NCBI GenBank assembly: GCA_964447075.1
Contig: CAYUQY010000002.1
Span: 11,317 to 75,316 of the forward strand
Direction of reading: 5' to 3'
Source: an uncultured Pseudomonadales bacterium
GTDB lineage: Bacteria > Patescibacteriota > Microgenomatia > UBA1400 > PJMF01
DNA: 64,000 bases
The notes beneath the pieces are model-generated. The model was given only the letters and a program-made list of their open reading frames with translations, was not told the DNA's origin and did not search any database. Positions 17,253-27,258 of the stretch are shown piece by piece; the first letter of the stretch is position 1; each line of letters starts with the position of its first letter. The translations under genes were made by a program, and so were the position numbers.

Positions 17253-19433
17253 TCACTCCCTCTTGCGTCCAAACTGTTCGCGAGAGACACGCAGAACTTT
17301 TTCGCGATTCTGGTTACGTGATGAGGCGAGAGGCAAGGTCAGAGCAGGGAAGGGGCGACTGACTTGGCCATCGATCATCAACTTTAAGATCACTTGATAG
17401 CGCGCAAGTGAGACGAGATCTTCTTGAGTATAACGATCACCAAATTCTTGCATCATCCAGCTGGCATCCTGTGCCCCAAGAATGAAGCTGGCCATCGTAC
17501 CCGCATTGCCGAAGATAGCGGCCTTGACGTCATCACTGATCTGACCCATGTACTGGTTGGCTAAGGTTAAGTTCAGACGATACTTTCGTGCTTCAGAAAG
17601 TATCTTTATAAAACTAGTCGTAGCAAAGTTCTGAAACTCATCTATATACAGGAAAAAATCTCGTCGATCGGCCTCGTTGGTGTAGACACGATTCATGGCT
17701 GCCAGCTGAATCTTGGTAATAACCATAGATCCCAGCAGGGCTGCATTATCTTCACCCAGTTTTCCCTGAGATGCATTGACTAGTAAAATTTTTCCTTCAT
17801 TCATGACTTTTTCGATGTCAAATGAGCTGGTAGTAGTGTTGACCACATTGCGAATGAGAGGGGATGTTACAAACTGACCTACCTTATTAAGTATTGGTGA
17901 GATCGACTCGCTGCGTAGGCGATTCTCCATCATGTTGAACTCCATGGTCCAAAAGTTTTTGAGAACTTGGTCGGGTGTTTTCTCGACCATCTGCGCTCGG
18001 AACTTCTCATCTGTCAGAATGCGCAAAATATCTTCCAACTTAGCATTTGTAGAAAGTAGGGTCAGAAGCGAGTTGCGCAGAATATACTCGAGCCTTGGCC
18101 CCCAACTATTGGCATACATCTTCTGAAACATAGCTACTATGCCAGAAGCGATAAGCTCTCGATGCACCACACTACCTCCCTCAAAAAGATTCAGCTTGAC
18201 CACACTGTGTGTGTCAGCAGGGTCAAAGACTACGACATCATTAATACGATGTTTTGGAATGTAGTCCAGAATCGTCTCGATTAGGTCACCATGAGGGTCT
18301 ACCACAGCCAAGCCTTCGTCGTGCTTTAGGTCATTAATAATCATGTTGGCAAGTAGGGTAGACTTGCCAGTACCACTTTTACCTATGACATACATGTGAC
18401 GACGACGATCTACTTTTTTTAAGCCAAAGATTTGTTCTTGATTTTTAAACTCAGCCCGAAAGGTAAGATTGATATCTGCCAACTCAGCTTCTGGAGTCAA
18501 AGTGTAGGTTGGTAAGTTCTCCGGAGGCTCTCCCAACAAATTCTTTCCCCAAGCAATATTTTTGATGTTCGATAGAACTTTATTAGGCAAGTGAAATATA
18601 GTCGCAAGCTCATCTGGCGAGAAGAACTGCTTATGCAAGTTAGAAAATCCTGCTCTCTCTATCAAGTGCCTAGTGGCACGCTCTTTGAAAAAAAGTGGTT
18701 TGGCCAGAGTAAGGCTATTAAACTCAGACTGTAAGGCCGTAAAACTTGATGCCAAAGTATGCAAAATCTGATCGGCTCTAGACTGAGAATGCGACATGAC
18801 CAAGAGACGAACAACAGTCTCAAAGCCCATATCCGCCATTTTACGTGAGACCACTTTATTATTCAGTTGCGCTGAGAGCTGTTCCAAAGCCTGTGATGAT
18901 TCTGGCGCAAGACTCGCACTGCCATGCTTCCAGTGATCGCGACTTTTGCGAATCACGAGCTGAATGACGGCTTCGTCACCCTCCTGCAGCTTGGCCATAC
19001 TGGACAGAACTGCCGAAAAGAGATCCAGCTCGCCACTCTCACGAAAAGTCTTAAGCGGAAACTGACTTGGTCTGGCAAGTCTTAACTGTCCCACAGCCTT
19101 AGGGAGTGGGTGATAGAAATCTTGGAGTGGGTTGTGAGCAAGAGGTCTTATCAATACTTCAGGGTAAGCAGCAATGAGCTGACTAGCTACGTACTCACTT
19201 AAAACAGTGGGAGTGGTCAGCAAAAAATAAAGAGTCTGACCTTGATTCAAAATTTCTAAGTGAAACTCTGGAGCTTGGTGAAAGAACTTCCACCACTCAT
19301 GAGGCGGATTGGGGAGGGAACTCAAGATCTGAGCCATAGCCTCAGGACCCTGCTCGCACTCGCGAGGCGTACGCAGCTCGAGAGTCGTCACCGACTGAAA
19401 AAGATCCTCATTTGTTGGAACAGAAACTGGCAC
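17253..19433 (-). CDS. VirD4/TraD/TrwB-like (HerA/FtsK superfamily) ATPase of the CPR-common type
   Basis: RRRHMYVIGKSGTGKST Walker A, DPHGDL, LYIDEFQNF Walker B, LSEARKY, ANQY and IFGN. Confidence 0.88.
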   Translation of the reverse strand: MPVSVPTNEDLFQSVTTLELRTPRECEQGPEAMAQILSSLPNPPHEWWKFFHQAPEFHLEILNQGQTLYFLLTTPTVLSEYVASQLIAAYPEVLIRPLAHNPLQDFYHPLPKAVGQLRLARPSQFPLKTFRESGELDLFSAVLSSMAKLQEGDEAVIQLVIRKSRDHWKHGSASLAPESSQALEQLSAQLNNKVVSRKMADMGFETVVRLLVMSHSQSRADQILHTLASSFTALQSEFNSLTLAKPLFFKERATRHLIERAGFSNLHKQFFSPDELATIFHLPNKVLSNIKNIAWGKNLLGEPPENLPTYTLTPEAELADINLTFRAEFKNQEQIFGLKKVDRRRHMYVIGKSGTGKSTLLANMIINDLKHDEGLAVVDPHGDLIETILDYIPKHRINDVVVFDPADTHSVVKLNLFEGGSVVHRELIASGIVAMFQKMYANSWGPRLEYILRNSLLTLLSTNAKLEDILRILTDEKFRAQMVEKTPDQVLKNFWTMEFNMMENRLRSESISPILNKVGQFVTSPLIRNVVNTTTSSFDIEKVMNEGKILLVNASQGKLGEDNAALLGSMVITKIQLAAMNRVYTNEADRRDFFLYIDEFQNFATTSFIKILSEARKYRLNLTLANQYMGQISDDVKAAIFGNAGTMASFILGAQDASWMMQEFGDRYTQEDLVSLARYQVILKLMIDGQVSRPFPALTLPLASSRNQNREKVLRVSREQFGRKRE

Positions 19434-19439
19434 AAACTC

Positions 19440-19469
19440 AGTATATCAAGATAACTTGATCAGAGGCAA
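19440..19469 (-). promoter_or_regulatory. Extended -10 promoter, leaderless, for the VirD4-like ATPase, with a palindrome in the spacer
   Basis: TTGCCT-18-TATACT with TGn, 6 nt before GTG; ATCAAG-ATAA-CTTGAT at 19445-19460. Confidence 0.6.
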
Positions 19470-19624
19470 TTGGAGAACGATGAAATATCGGTTGGTTAAA
19501 AAAGCAGGCACACTCAGTTTTGCCTTGAAAATATTTACCATGAAGAAGTGTCTCGCAACTTAAAGATATCACATGATATCATTCACATAGTTTAGTGATC
19601 AGTAGAAATATTTAGGAGTTGGTA

Positions 19625-20476
19625 ATGCCTAGTACTCAAACAGCAGAATTAGTTCAACACATAGTTAGTGAAGCTAAGATCCACGATCCAAATATCGTGG
19701 CAGCAATTGAGCTTTACGATGCTACCACTCTTGGACTGCTTTATCATTTTGCAACATCTGGTCAGAGATATAGTGAGGCAGAGCTTAAGGGAATTCTTGA
19801 TGTTTTTAAAGCAATACCTCACTTGGGTCCACTCTCTTTAATTGAAATGTTGAGACGCAGGATTGCTGATTATGGATCTGAGGCGGCCATTGAGTCTGAG
19901 TCTGTTGCTCTTGAGGCGATTAGCAGAGAAGGATTTAGGTCAGCACCAGAATGTTTTAATATCAAAGCAATCATGGATAAAATTCCATTAGGTGACATAC
20001 CCAACAATGCGTATGTGGCGTCTGAATTTAGAACTTTGATGCATGAAACTGGTTTTAGAATTTTAGGAGTTGCTGAAGAAGTGATTCCATCGACAGGCAA
20101 TACACACACTTTTGTTTTGTATGAACATCATCAAATACTGCCTGATCCATCAGCTATTGGAGATAAGTTTGCAGATACTTGTACTTGGGTTAATCCAACA
20201 GAAACATTTGAAACCGAAGGTGCATTTTCTCTTCCAAAAATATACGGTAGGGCATATCTTTTTAGAAATAGATGGAAACCAGCTCATACTGGCTACGGTA
20301 GCAATGGAGATTTATTTATGACACTCTTAGACCCCAGATGGAGTGGAACCTATTCGCTAACTCAACATCTCATCTGCATAAATTTCTCCCAGATACAAGT
20401 AGCTCTCACTAATGGGAAAATTCCCCAAGAGTTCGAAAATCTATTTCTGACAGGTCAAAAGAATCCCCAGCAGTAA
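19625..20476 (+). CDS. Hypothetical protein, no recognised family
   Basis: 283-aa ORF with AGGAG SD upstream of ATG 19625. Confidence 0.65.
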   Translation: MPSTQTAELVQHIVSEAKIHDPNIVAAIELYDATTLGLLYHFATSGQRYSEAELKGILDVFKAIPHLGPLSLIEMLRRRIADYGSEAAIESESVALEAISREGFRSAPECFNIKAIMDKIPLGDIPNNAYVASEFRTLMHETGFRILGVAEEVIPSTGNTHTFVLYEHHQILPDPSAIGDKFADTCTWVNPTETFETEGAFSLPKIYGRAYLFRNRWKPAHTGYGSNGDLFMTLLDPRWSGTYSLTQHLICINFSQIQVALTNGKIPQEFENLFLTGQKNPQQ

Positions 20477-20608
20477 TACTTAAAGAACTTACTACCATTC
20501 TCTCCCCACCACCCTGTCAACTCAGGAGAATTAAAGGTATAATCAACCTTCGCTTTTTCGCAGTGATAGGTCACAACTCCAGATGTGAGCAGGCCTCAGC
20601 AGCTAAAT

Positions 20609-23600
20609 ATGTCCTCATCTCAGAATCAAAACAACCCCACATACATCGAGATCGTCGGCGCCAAGCAGCACAATCTCAAAAATGTCTCGTGCAAGATTCC
20701 GAAGAACCAATTGGTAGTGCTCACTGGAGTATCTGGTAGTGGCAAAAGTTCTCTGGCCTTCGATACTCTCTATGCTGAAGGTCAGCGCCGCTATGTCGAA
20801 AGTCTAAGTTCATACGCACGTCAGTTCCTAGGCGTCATGCCCAAACCAAACGTCGACTACATCTCCGGCCTTTCCCCAGCTATCTCGATCGATCAAAAAA
20901 CTACCTCACACAACCCTCGTTCCACGGTAGGAACCATCACTGAAATTTATGACTATCTCAGACTCCTCTTTGCAAGAGTTGGCCACCCCCACTGTCCCAA
21001 CTGTGGCTGCGAGATTGCCACTCAAAGTGTCGATCAAATTGTCAGCAGGATTTTGGAAAAGCTAGAAGCCAATCTCTCCAGCGCTCCAAGCAGATTCATG
21101 ATTCTCTCTCCTATCATCAGAGACCGAAAAGGAGAGTACTCCTCACTGTTTGAAAATTTAGAGAAAAAAGGCTACTCACGCGTAAGAATAGACAAAAAAA
21201 TGTTCGATCTAAGTGAAAGCTTGAGCTTGATCAAAACAAACAAGCACACTATCGAAGTCATCATCGATCGCCTCTCTATGACGGCAAATGAACACCGAGA
21301 CAAAGACTTCCTCAAGAGTTTTCGTTCCCGTCTCTCTCAATCCCTAGAAGAAGCGCTCAAACTAGCCGATGGATTTGTAACTATCTCACATGTCTTCGAT
21401 AAAACTCTGGAGTTTCCAAGTAAGCCAGAAGAGTTTGAAGACGAGCTTTTTAGCGAGAAGTTTGCTTGTAGTAAGTGCGGCTTATCTTTGCCAGAAATCG
21501 AACCCAGACTTTTCTCTTTCAACTCACCACACGGCGCCTGTCCTACCTGTACTGGCTTAGGCTCACTTCTCAAGATAGACATCGAGAAAATTACTGCCCC
21601 CACTCTCTCGCTAAGCGAAGGAGCTGTCACTCCATTCGCTCGCATGCTCTCAAGCGACACTTGGTGGAGTAGATTGATAAAAGTGGTAATTGAAACTGAA
21701 GGCTTTGATTTTCGCCGAACCGCCTACCAAGATTTACCAGAAAAGACTCAAAAACTACTGCTTTATGGAAGTCAAAAACTCTACAAAATTGAGGGGGAAA
21801 ATAGGTTTGGAAAGATGACCATGATCCAAGAAAAGTTTGAGGGTTTTGTTACCAATCTAGAAAGACGATATAGAGAAACGGACTCACCCTTCATACGCAC
21901 CGAGATAGAAGACTTTATGTTGAAACAAGTTTGTCCAGACTGCAAAGGTAGTAGGCTCAAAGACGAAGCGCTATTTGTCAACATCGACCAGCTTAACATC
22001 TCCCAAATTACTCGCATGCCTATCAATAAAGCCTTTAACTGGATCACTAGTTTGGGCTTACTAAACTCAAAAGAAAAACCAAAAATTTTATCCGAAAAAG
22101 AACTCCAAATAGCCGATACAATTCTCAAAGAAATAGCCACGCGTCTTCAGTTCATGTCAGCTGTCGGTCTAGATTATCTGACTCTAAGTCGCGAGGCTGG
22201 AACCCTTGCCGGAGGAGAAGCTCAGCGCATTCGTCTGGCTTCTCAGATAGGCACTGGTCTAACAGGAGTGCTCTACGTTCTGGATGAACCCACCATCGGC
22301 CTGCACCAAAGAGATAACTTTCAGCTAATAGCAACCCTTCAAAATCTTCGTGACAAAGGCAACAGCGTCATTGTCGTTGAGCACGATCGCGACGTCATGC
22401 TCTCAGCTGACTATATTTTTGACTTTGGACCTAAAGCTGGAAAAAATGGAGGTGAGATCGTAGCTCAGGGAACACCAGCTCAGTTGATGAGCGCCAAACA
22501 CTCTCTTACTGGCAAGTACTTATCAAAAAAGCTCAATATTCAAAGATCCTCAAACTTCACTGAATCAAGCAACTCAACTGAAAGAAAAATCATTCCTGCA
22601 GACGAAGTTCCTGATAGTTTGGAAACAAAAACCTCCATCAGGATCAGCGGGGCATCTCATCACAATCTAAAGATTGATGATGTCGAGTTCCCCTTACGCA
22701 CTCTTACCTGTATCACTGGAGTCTCTGGAAGTGGTAAGTCTACTCTGCTTCACGAAACCCTTTTTTATAATGTCCAGAAGCACTTAGGCTCTAAGCCTGA
22801 GAAATCTCCCGGAGCTGTGTCATCCATCTCGATTCCTGATGAAATCAAAAGAATTGCCCTAATCGACCAAAGTCCAATCGGCAAAACTCCACGATCTAAT
22901 CCAGCCACATACACCAAAGTTTTCGACCTAGTACGCACCCTTTTTTCCAACACTCGTGACTCTAAAGTGCGAGGCTACACAGCTGGAAGATTCAGCTTTA
23001 ATGTTAAGGGTGGTAGGTGTGAAGCCTGCCAAGGTGATGGTCAGATAAAAATCGAGATGCAGTTCTTGCCAGATGTCTATGTCACTTGCGACGTCTGTCG
23101 CGGCTCCAGATACAATGATGAAACCCTTGAAGTAAAGTATAAAGAAAAAAATATTGCCCAAGTTTTGGCGCTCAGCATAGATGAGGCTGTGGAGTACTTC
23201 GGCTCTCACTCTACACTTCGCTATAAGTTAAAAATGCTACAGGACGTTGGACTTGGTTACATCCAGCTTGGTCAGCCAGCACCCACCCTTTCTGGTGGTG
23301 AAGCTCAGAGAGTCAAGCTAGCGCGCGAGCTATCTATCCGCACTACCGATCACTGTGTCTATCTTCTAGATGAACCCACAACTGGGCTTCACTTTGATGA
23401 CATAGCCAAACTATTATTCATTTTAGATCGATTGGTAGCCCAAAACAACACTGTTATTCTGATAGAACATAATCTTGATATTATCAAAAATGCTGACTGG
23501 ATCATCGATCTAGGTCCGGAAGGTGGAGACGGTGGGGGAGAAGTAGTCGTATCAGGAACTCCCAAGCAGGTTGCGAACTGTAGCAGCTCCTACACTGGAC

Positions 23601-23623
23601 AGTATCTTGTGGGCGAAGTATAG
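20609..23623 (+). CDS. uvrA: Excinuclease ABC subunit A
   Basis: GAKQHNLKN, two GVSGSGKS Walker A motifs, zinc-finger CxxC pairs, GGEAQR and LDEPT; TATAAT promoter upstream. Confidence 0.98.
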   Translation: MSSSQNQNNPTYIEIVGAKQHNLKNVSCKIPKNQLVVLTGVSGSGKSSLAFDTLYAEGQRRYVESLSSYARQFLGVMPKPNVDYISGLSPAISIDQKTTSHNPRSTVGTITEIYDYLRLLFARVGHPHCPNCGCEIATQSVDQIVSRILEKLEANLSSAPSRFMILSPIIRDRKGEYSSLFENLEKKGYSRVRIDKKMFDLSESLSLIKTNKHTIEVIIDRLSMTANEHRDKDFLKSFRSRLSQSLEEALKLADGFVTISHVFDKTLEFPSKPEEFEDELFSEKFACSKCGLSLPEIEPRLFSFNSPHGACPTCTGLGSLLKIDIEKITAPTLSLSEGAVTPFARMLSSDTWWSRLIKVVIETEGFDFRRTAYQDLPEKTQKLLLYGSQKLYKIEGENRFGKMTMIQEKFEGFVTNLERRYRETDSPFIRTEIEDFMLKQVCPDCKGSRLKDEALFVNIDQLNISQITRMPINKAFNWITSLGLLNSKEKPKILSEKELQIADTILKEIATRLQFMSAVGLDYLTLSREAGTLAGGEAQRIRLASQIGTGLTGVLYVLDEPTIGLHQRDNFQLIATLQNLRDKGNSVIVVEHDRDVMLSADYIFDFGPKAGKNGGEIVAQGTPAQLMSAKHSLTGKYLSKKLNIQRSSNFTESSNSTERKIIPADEVPDSLETKTSIRISGASHHNLKIDDVEFPLRTLTCITGVSGSGKSTLLHETLFYNVQKHLGSKPEKSPGAVSSISIPDEIKRIALIDQSPIGKTPRSNPATYTKVFDLVRTLFSNTRDSKVRGYTAGRFSFNVKGGRCEACQGDGQIKIEMQFLPDVYVTCDVCRGSRYNDETLEVKYKEKNIAQVLALSIDEAVEYFGSHSTLRYKLKMLQDVGLGYIQLGQPAPTLSGGEAQRVKLARELSIRTTDHCVYLLDEPTTGLHFDDIAKLLFILDRLVAQNNTVILIEHNLDIIKNADWIIDLGPEGGDGGGEVVVSGTPKQVANCSSSYTGQYLVGEV

Positions 23624-23713
23624 AACTTGAAGTATCAAAATATAGAACGGAAGCCAATAGTCTCTCAAGTGATGTCACACAATCGAAACACCAGCTTTTT
23701 TTGCAAAACTTTC

Positions 23714-25579
23714 ATGCGCTTAAAATCCCTGTTGTTAAACAGTTGCTTAATTTTTCTGCTCAGTTTTATTTTTTTAGCCACTCCAGCATCGGCAGATGAA
23801 AACTTTAAGATTAGCTTGGTATCTACCTACAAAACAGCCGACAACGGTAAGCCCAGAGTAGTTCAAGAGTTCACGCTCACCAACAGAAAACCTGACGTCT
23901 ACGCAACAGAGTACTCACTAGAAACTAGCACTACCAACATCGCCAACATCTTCGTCTTAGATGGAAAAAAAGAACTCACACCAAAGATCGTCACTACCGA
24001 TGAAAAAACTAGCATTAGCTTCAACTTTCCAGATAATGTAGTTGGTGAGGGCAAAAGCAGAAAGTTCTCCATTAGTTTTGAGAGTCCAGACTCAGTCATC
24101 TCTACGGGCAGTGTGACTGAGTTCTACGTCCCTCGACTTGCCAACAGATCCAGCTTTGAAAATTATGTAGTTCAAATCGAGCTTCCCAAAGATCAAGGCT
24201 TACCTACTAGATCGTCACCAAAAAATTACGATCGTCAACAAAAAGGTTCATCAAATATATTTACTTATAGTGAGCTGGCCGATCAGGGAGTTGTGGCTAT
24301 TTTTGGCCAAGAACAGACGTATAACTTCAGCTTGCGCTACTTTCTCGAAAATCCCACCACCTCATCTGGCATCATGCAGATAGCTCTACCCCCAGACAAT
24401 CGAACCCAGAGAGTGGTCTATAACTCACTCGAGCCTCCAGCCAAGACTCTCGAGCGAGACGAAGATGGTAACTGGATCGCTACCTACAGTGTTAATTCTC
24501 AAAAAAGTTTAGAAGTTGTAGCAACTGGAACTGTAAATACCTACATCTCGCCACTAGATGGCGTTCCTGACTCACCACCACTCCCTCAACATACTTTGCC
24601 TGATACTTATTGGGAAAGTGACAACCCAAAAATAATCGAGTTGGCCCAAAAGTACCAAACACCAAAAGAGATTTATGACTATGTTACCAAAACACTTGAT
24701 TATGACTACTCAAAACTTTCGTCGCCTTCAAAGAGATTAGGAGCAGTAGCTATTTTGGACACTCCTCATCAAGCTATCTGCCAAGAATTTACTGACTTAT
24801 TTATCGCCATTGCTCGTTCTGCCAAAATTCCTGCCAGACGTGCTACTGGCTTTGCCTTCACCAACAACAGTCGTCTCAGACCCTTTAATTTAGATCAGGA
24901 GATACTGCATGCTTGGCCTGAGTACTACTCTACAGAAAAAAAAGCTTGGATTGCAGTTGATCCTACTTGGGGAAAAACAACTGATGGACTAGATTTCTTT
25001 GATGACTTTGACGTCAATCACATCGTCTTTGCTTACAATGGTGTCTCCAGCACACAGCCCTTTGGAGCAGGCTCGTACAAACCTAAAAATGACAAAACGC
25101 GCGATGTAGTCGTCAAAGTGAGTGATAAAGTTTCTTTACCAGAGCCGTCTATCGAGGTTAGCCTTCATCCAGATATTTTTTACTCTTTGCCTGTTGGCCA
25201 AAAATTTAGACTAGATCTGCTGAACAAGACTGGCAAAGCTGAGTACAATCTACCATTTTTAACCACTGCGCAGGATAGTGCCACATCTGAAAATATTAAA
25301 ACTTCAACTCTCTCCACTCTTGACTACTTATTGCCATTTCAAGAGCGATCTGTGTCACTAGCGCTTGAGCCTACGACTTGGTGGCAATCTGGCGTAAGTA
25401 AAATTGATCTCCAAGTAGGTATAATTAGCAACTCTTATGAACAAGCCTACGGTCCCATCCAACCTCGCTTCGTCATCCCCGCTACTCTGGGAGTCAGTCT
25501 GGCCACAGCTGCCATCATCTCCTGGGGTGTACTGGTTCGTCTCAGCCGCAAAAAAAGTGCTCTACGTTGGCAAAGCTAA
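23714..25579 (+). CDS. Exported transglutaminase-like cysteine enzyme with C-terminal TM anchor
   Basis: Signal peptide (..ATPASA); intact Cys-His-Asp triad (AICQEFTDLF, HAWPEYY, VDPTW); hydrophobic C-terminal segment and basic tail. Confidence 0.85.
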   Translation: MRLKSLLLNSCLIFLLSFIFLATPASADENFKISLVSTYKTADNGKPRVVQEFTLTNRKPDVYATEYSLETSTTNIANIFVLDGKKELTPKIVTTDEKTSISFNFPDNVVGEGKSRKFSISFESPDSVISTGSVTEFYVPRLANRSSFENYVVQIELPKDQGLPTRSSPKNYDRQQKGSSNIFTYSELADQGVVAIFGQEQTYNFSLRYFLENPTTSSGIMQIALPPDNRTQRVVYNSLEPPAKTLERDEDGNWIATYSVNSQKSLEVVATGTVNTYISPLDGVPDSPPLPQHTLPDTYWESDNPKIIELAQKYQTPKEIYDYVTKTLDYDYSKLSSPSKRLGAVAILDTPHQAICQEFTDLFIAIARSAKIPARRATGFAFTNNSRLRPFNLDQEILHAWPEYYSTEKKAWIAVDPTWGKTTDGLDFFDDFDVNHIVFAYNGVSSTQPFGAGSYKPKNDKTRDVVVKVSDKVSLPEPSIEVSLHPDIFYSLPVGQKFRLDLLNKTGKAEYNLPFLTTAQDSATSENIKTSTLSTLDYLLPFQERSVSLALEPTTWWQSGVSKIDLQVGIISNSYEQAYGPIQPRFVIPATLGVSLATAAIISWGVLVRLSRKKSALRWQS

Positions 25580-26861
25580 AAATCTCAAAAATAGAATCAC
25601 TAACTATCATCAGTGGCAACAGACTAAAGGTAAAACACGCAAGCTTGTACTTGAAGCTCAGGACTTGAAGTTCAAAGAACTTGGGAGCGAGCTAGAAGCC
25701 CTTCTAGTGGAAGCTGAGTTAATTCGACTTCATCAACCACCCTTCAACATTCTGCTCAAAGATGATAAATCAAGTATTTATGTACAGATTACAAAAGAAG
25801 AGTTCCCTAGAGTTCTCACTCTTCGAAAAAAAGAATTATTGCGATTGCCTGCCCTAAAAGACTCATCTCTTGGGCCGTTCCAAAGCAGTTTTCAACTTAA
25901 ACAAGTCTTGGGAATTGTTCGAAAAATTTTTCCATGGTGCAACCAGAGATCAGTCCTTGGCAGGCCTTGTTTCTATCACCATCTTGAGCTCTGTCCAGGT
26001 GTCTGTGTAGGCCATATTTCCGCCTTAGACTACCAAAAAAACATAGTTGATCTAAGTCTTTTTTTGAGAGGTAAGAAAAAAAGTGTCGTCACATCTCTGA
26101 AGAAGGATCTGAGAGAAAAAGTCGAGTCTGAACAGTATGAGCATGCAGCCGTGATCAAAAAACGAATCGATTTAATTCAAAAAGTTACAGAAACTAAGTA
26201 CCGCTTGAGTCCAGATTTAGTTTTGCCTAAACTCCTGTCTAGCAAAGCGGATGAGACTGTAGTCCAGCTGCGCGGCATCCTTACAACTTACTTTGCCCTG
26301 CCTAAAACCTATCCTTTACAACGTATAGAGTGCTATGACGTGAGCAACATCTCAGGCACGAGTGCTGCTGTAGCTATGGTGGTGGCCATAGATGGTCAGA
26401 TAGACAAAAGTGAGTACCGCTTATTTAACATTAAAACAATCGACACACCTAATGACTACCATATGCTTCAGGAAGCTATCTTGCGTAGACAAAATCACAG
26501 CGAGTGGGGAGTGCCAGATCTCATTGTGATCGATGGTGGGAAGGGTCAACTACGCAGTACCTTATCGGTACTAAATTGGGATGTGCCTGTTGTTTCTTTA
26601 GCTAAAAAACCAGATAGGCTGATAATTCCAATCCTAACTACAGTCAAAATTAGGAAAAATCCGCCTGACTTAGTTCTAGAAGTCGATGGCCATAACTTGA
26701 CCAAATACAAATCACTTCAGTATGTTCAAGTTCCACTAGACTCAAACCAGCCAGCACACCAACTGCTTCAACAACTACGTGATGAGGCACATAGATTTTC
26801 GAAAAAACAACATCAACACTTGAGATTAAAGAGTATGTTCGTAGAAAACACGACTAAATAG
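25437..26861 (+). CDS. uvrC: Excinuclease ABC subunit C, short form lacking C-terminal HhH
   Basis: LPSSPGVY..YVGKAKNL GIY-YIG, PCF..HL..C.G.C, RIECYDVSN, IDGGKGQ and LRDEAHRF. Confidence 0.93.
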   Translation: MNKPTVPSNLASSSPLLWESVWPQLPSSPGVYWFVSAAKKVLYVGKAKNLKNRITNYHQWQQTKGKTRKLVLEAQDLKFKELGSELEALLVEAELIRLHQPPFNILLKDDKSSIYVQITKEEFPRVLTLRKKELLRLPALKDSSLGPFQSSFQLKQVLGIVRKIFPWCNQRSVLGRPCFYHHLELCPGVCVGHISALDYQKNIVDLSLFLRGKKKSVVTSLKKDLREKVESEQYEHAAVIKKRIDLIQKVTETKYRLSPDLVLPKLLSSKADETVVQLRGILTTYFALPKTYPLQRIECYDVSNISGTSAAVAMVVAIDGQIDKSEYRLFNIKTIDTPNDYHMLQEAILRRQNHSEWGVPDLIVIDGGKGQLRSTLSVLNWDVPVVSLAKKPDRLIIPILTTVKIRKNPPDLVLEVDGHNLTKYKSLQYVQVPLDSNQPAHQLLQQLRDEAHRFSKKQHQHLRLKSMFVENTTK

Positions 26862-26877
26862 GTGTAGGATGTGAAAC

Positions 26878-27234
26878 ATGATCAAAGCCTTTTTGTCCAC
26901 AATCATCTCTATTTTTCTGATAGCTTTCTTCGTGCCTTCTCTCTCATACTCCAACTGGACGGCATTGATAATAGCTAGCATAGTCCTGATGATCTTGATG
27001 GCAGTCGTCAAACCAATTCTCAAGCTGCTTTTTTTACCTATCAATCTCGTCACTCTAGGACTTTTTTCCTTTGTCATCAATGCTCTTATCCTCTGGCTCG
27101 TACAAGTGTTAGTCCCTGGATTTAACATTCGCCCCATGATTTTGGCCGGCGTCTATCTAAATGAGTTCTTCACCCTAGTTGTTCTAGCTGCAGGCATAAG
27201 CTTAGTCCAAAACGTACTTCACAAAATCCTCTAG
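26878..27234 (+). CDS. Four-TM phage-holin-family (YvlD/DUF360-like) membrane protein
   Basis: VKPILKLLFLPINLVTLGLFSFVINA...VPGF signature; family is often found beside uvr genes. Confidence 0.85.
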   Translation: MIKAFLSTIISIFLIAFFVPSLSYSNWTALIIASIVLMILMAVVKPILKLLFLPINLVTLGLFSFVINALILWLVQVLVPGFNIRPMILAGVYLNEFFTLVVLAAGISLVQNVLHKIL

Positions 27235-27246
27235 GCATTCTTAAGA

Positions 27247-27258
27247 TATAATGTCACT
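27247..27258 (+). promoter_or_regulatory. -10 element of a leaderless promoter for the ATP-grasp operon
   Basis: Perfect TATAAT 6 nt before ATG 27259; no SD. Confidence 0.55.

Noticed and set aside
17253-19433. Conjugative element
   Set aside because: No relaxase, VirB genes, integrase or att sites visible; flanked by housekeeping genes
20545-20608. uvrA leader hairpin (TCACA-N8-TGTGA) as a riboswitch, CRP site or LexA site
   Set aside because: Orientation and spacing do not match CRP; no SOS box or riboswitch consensus recognised
26878-27234. Holin as a sign of a prophage
   Set aside because: YvlD-like family commonly found beside uvr genes; no phage genes nearby
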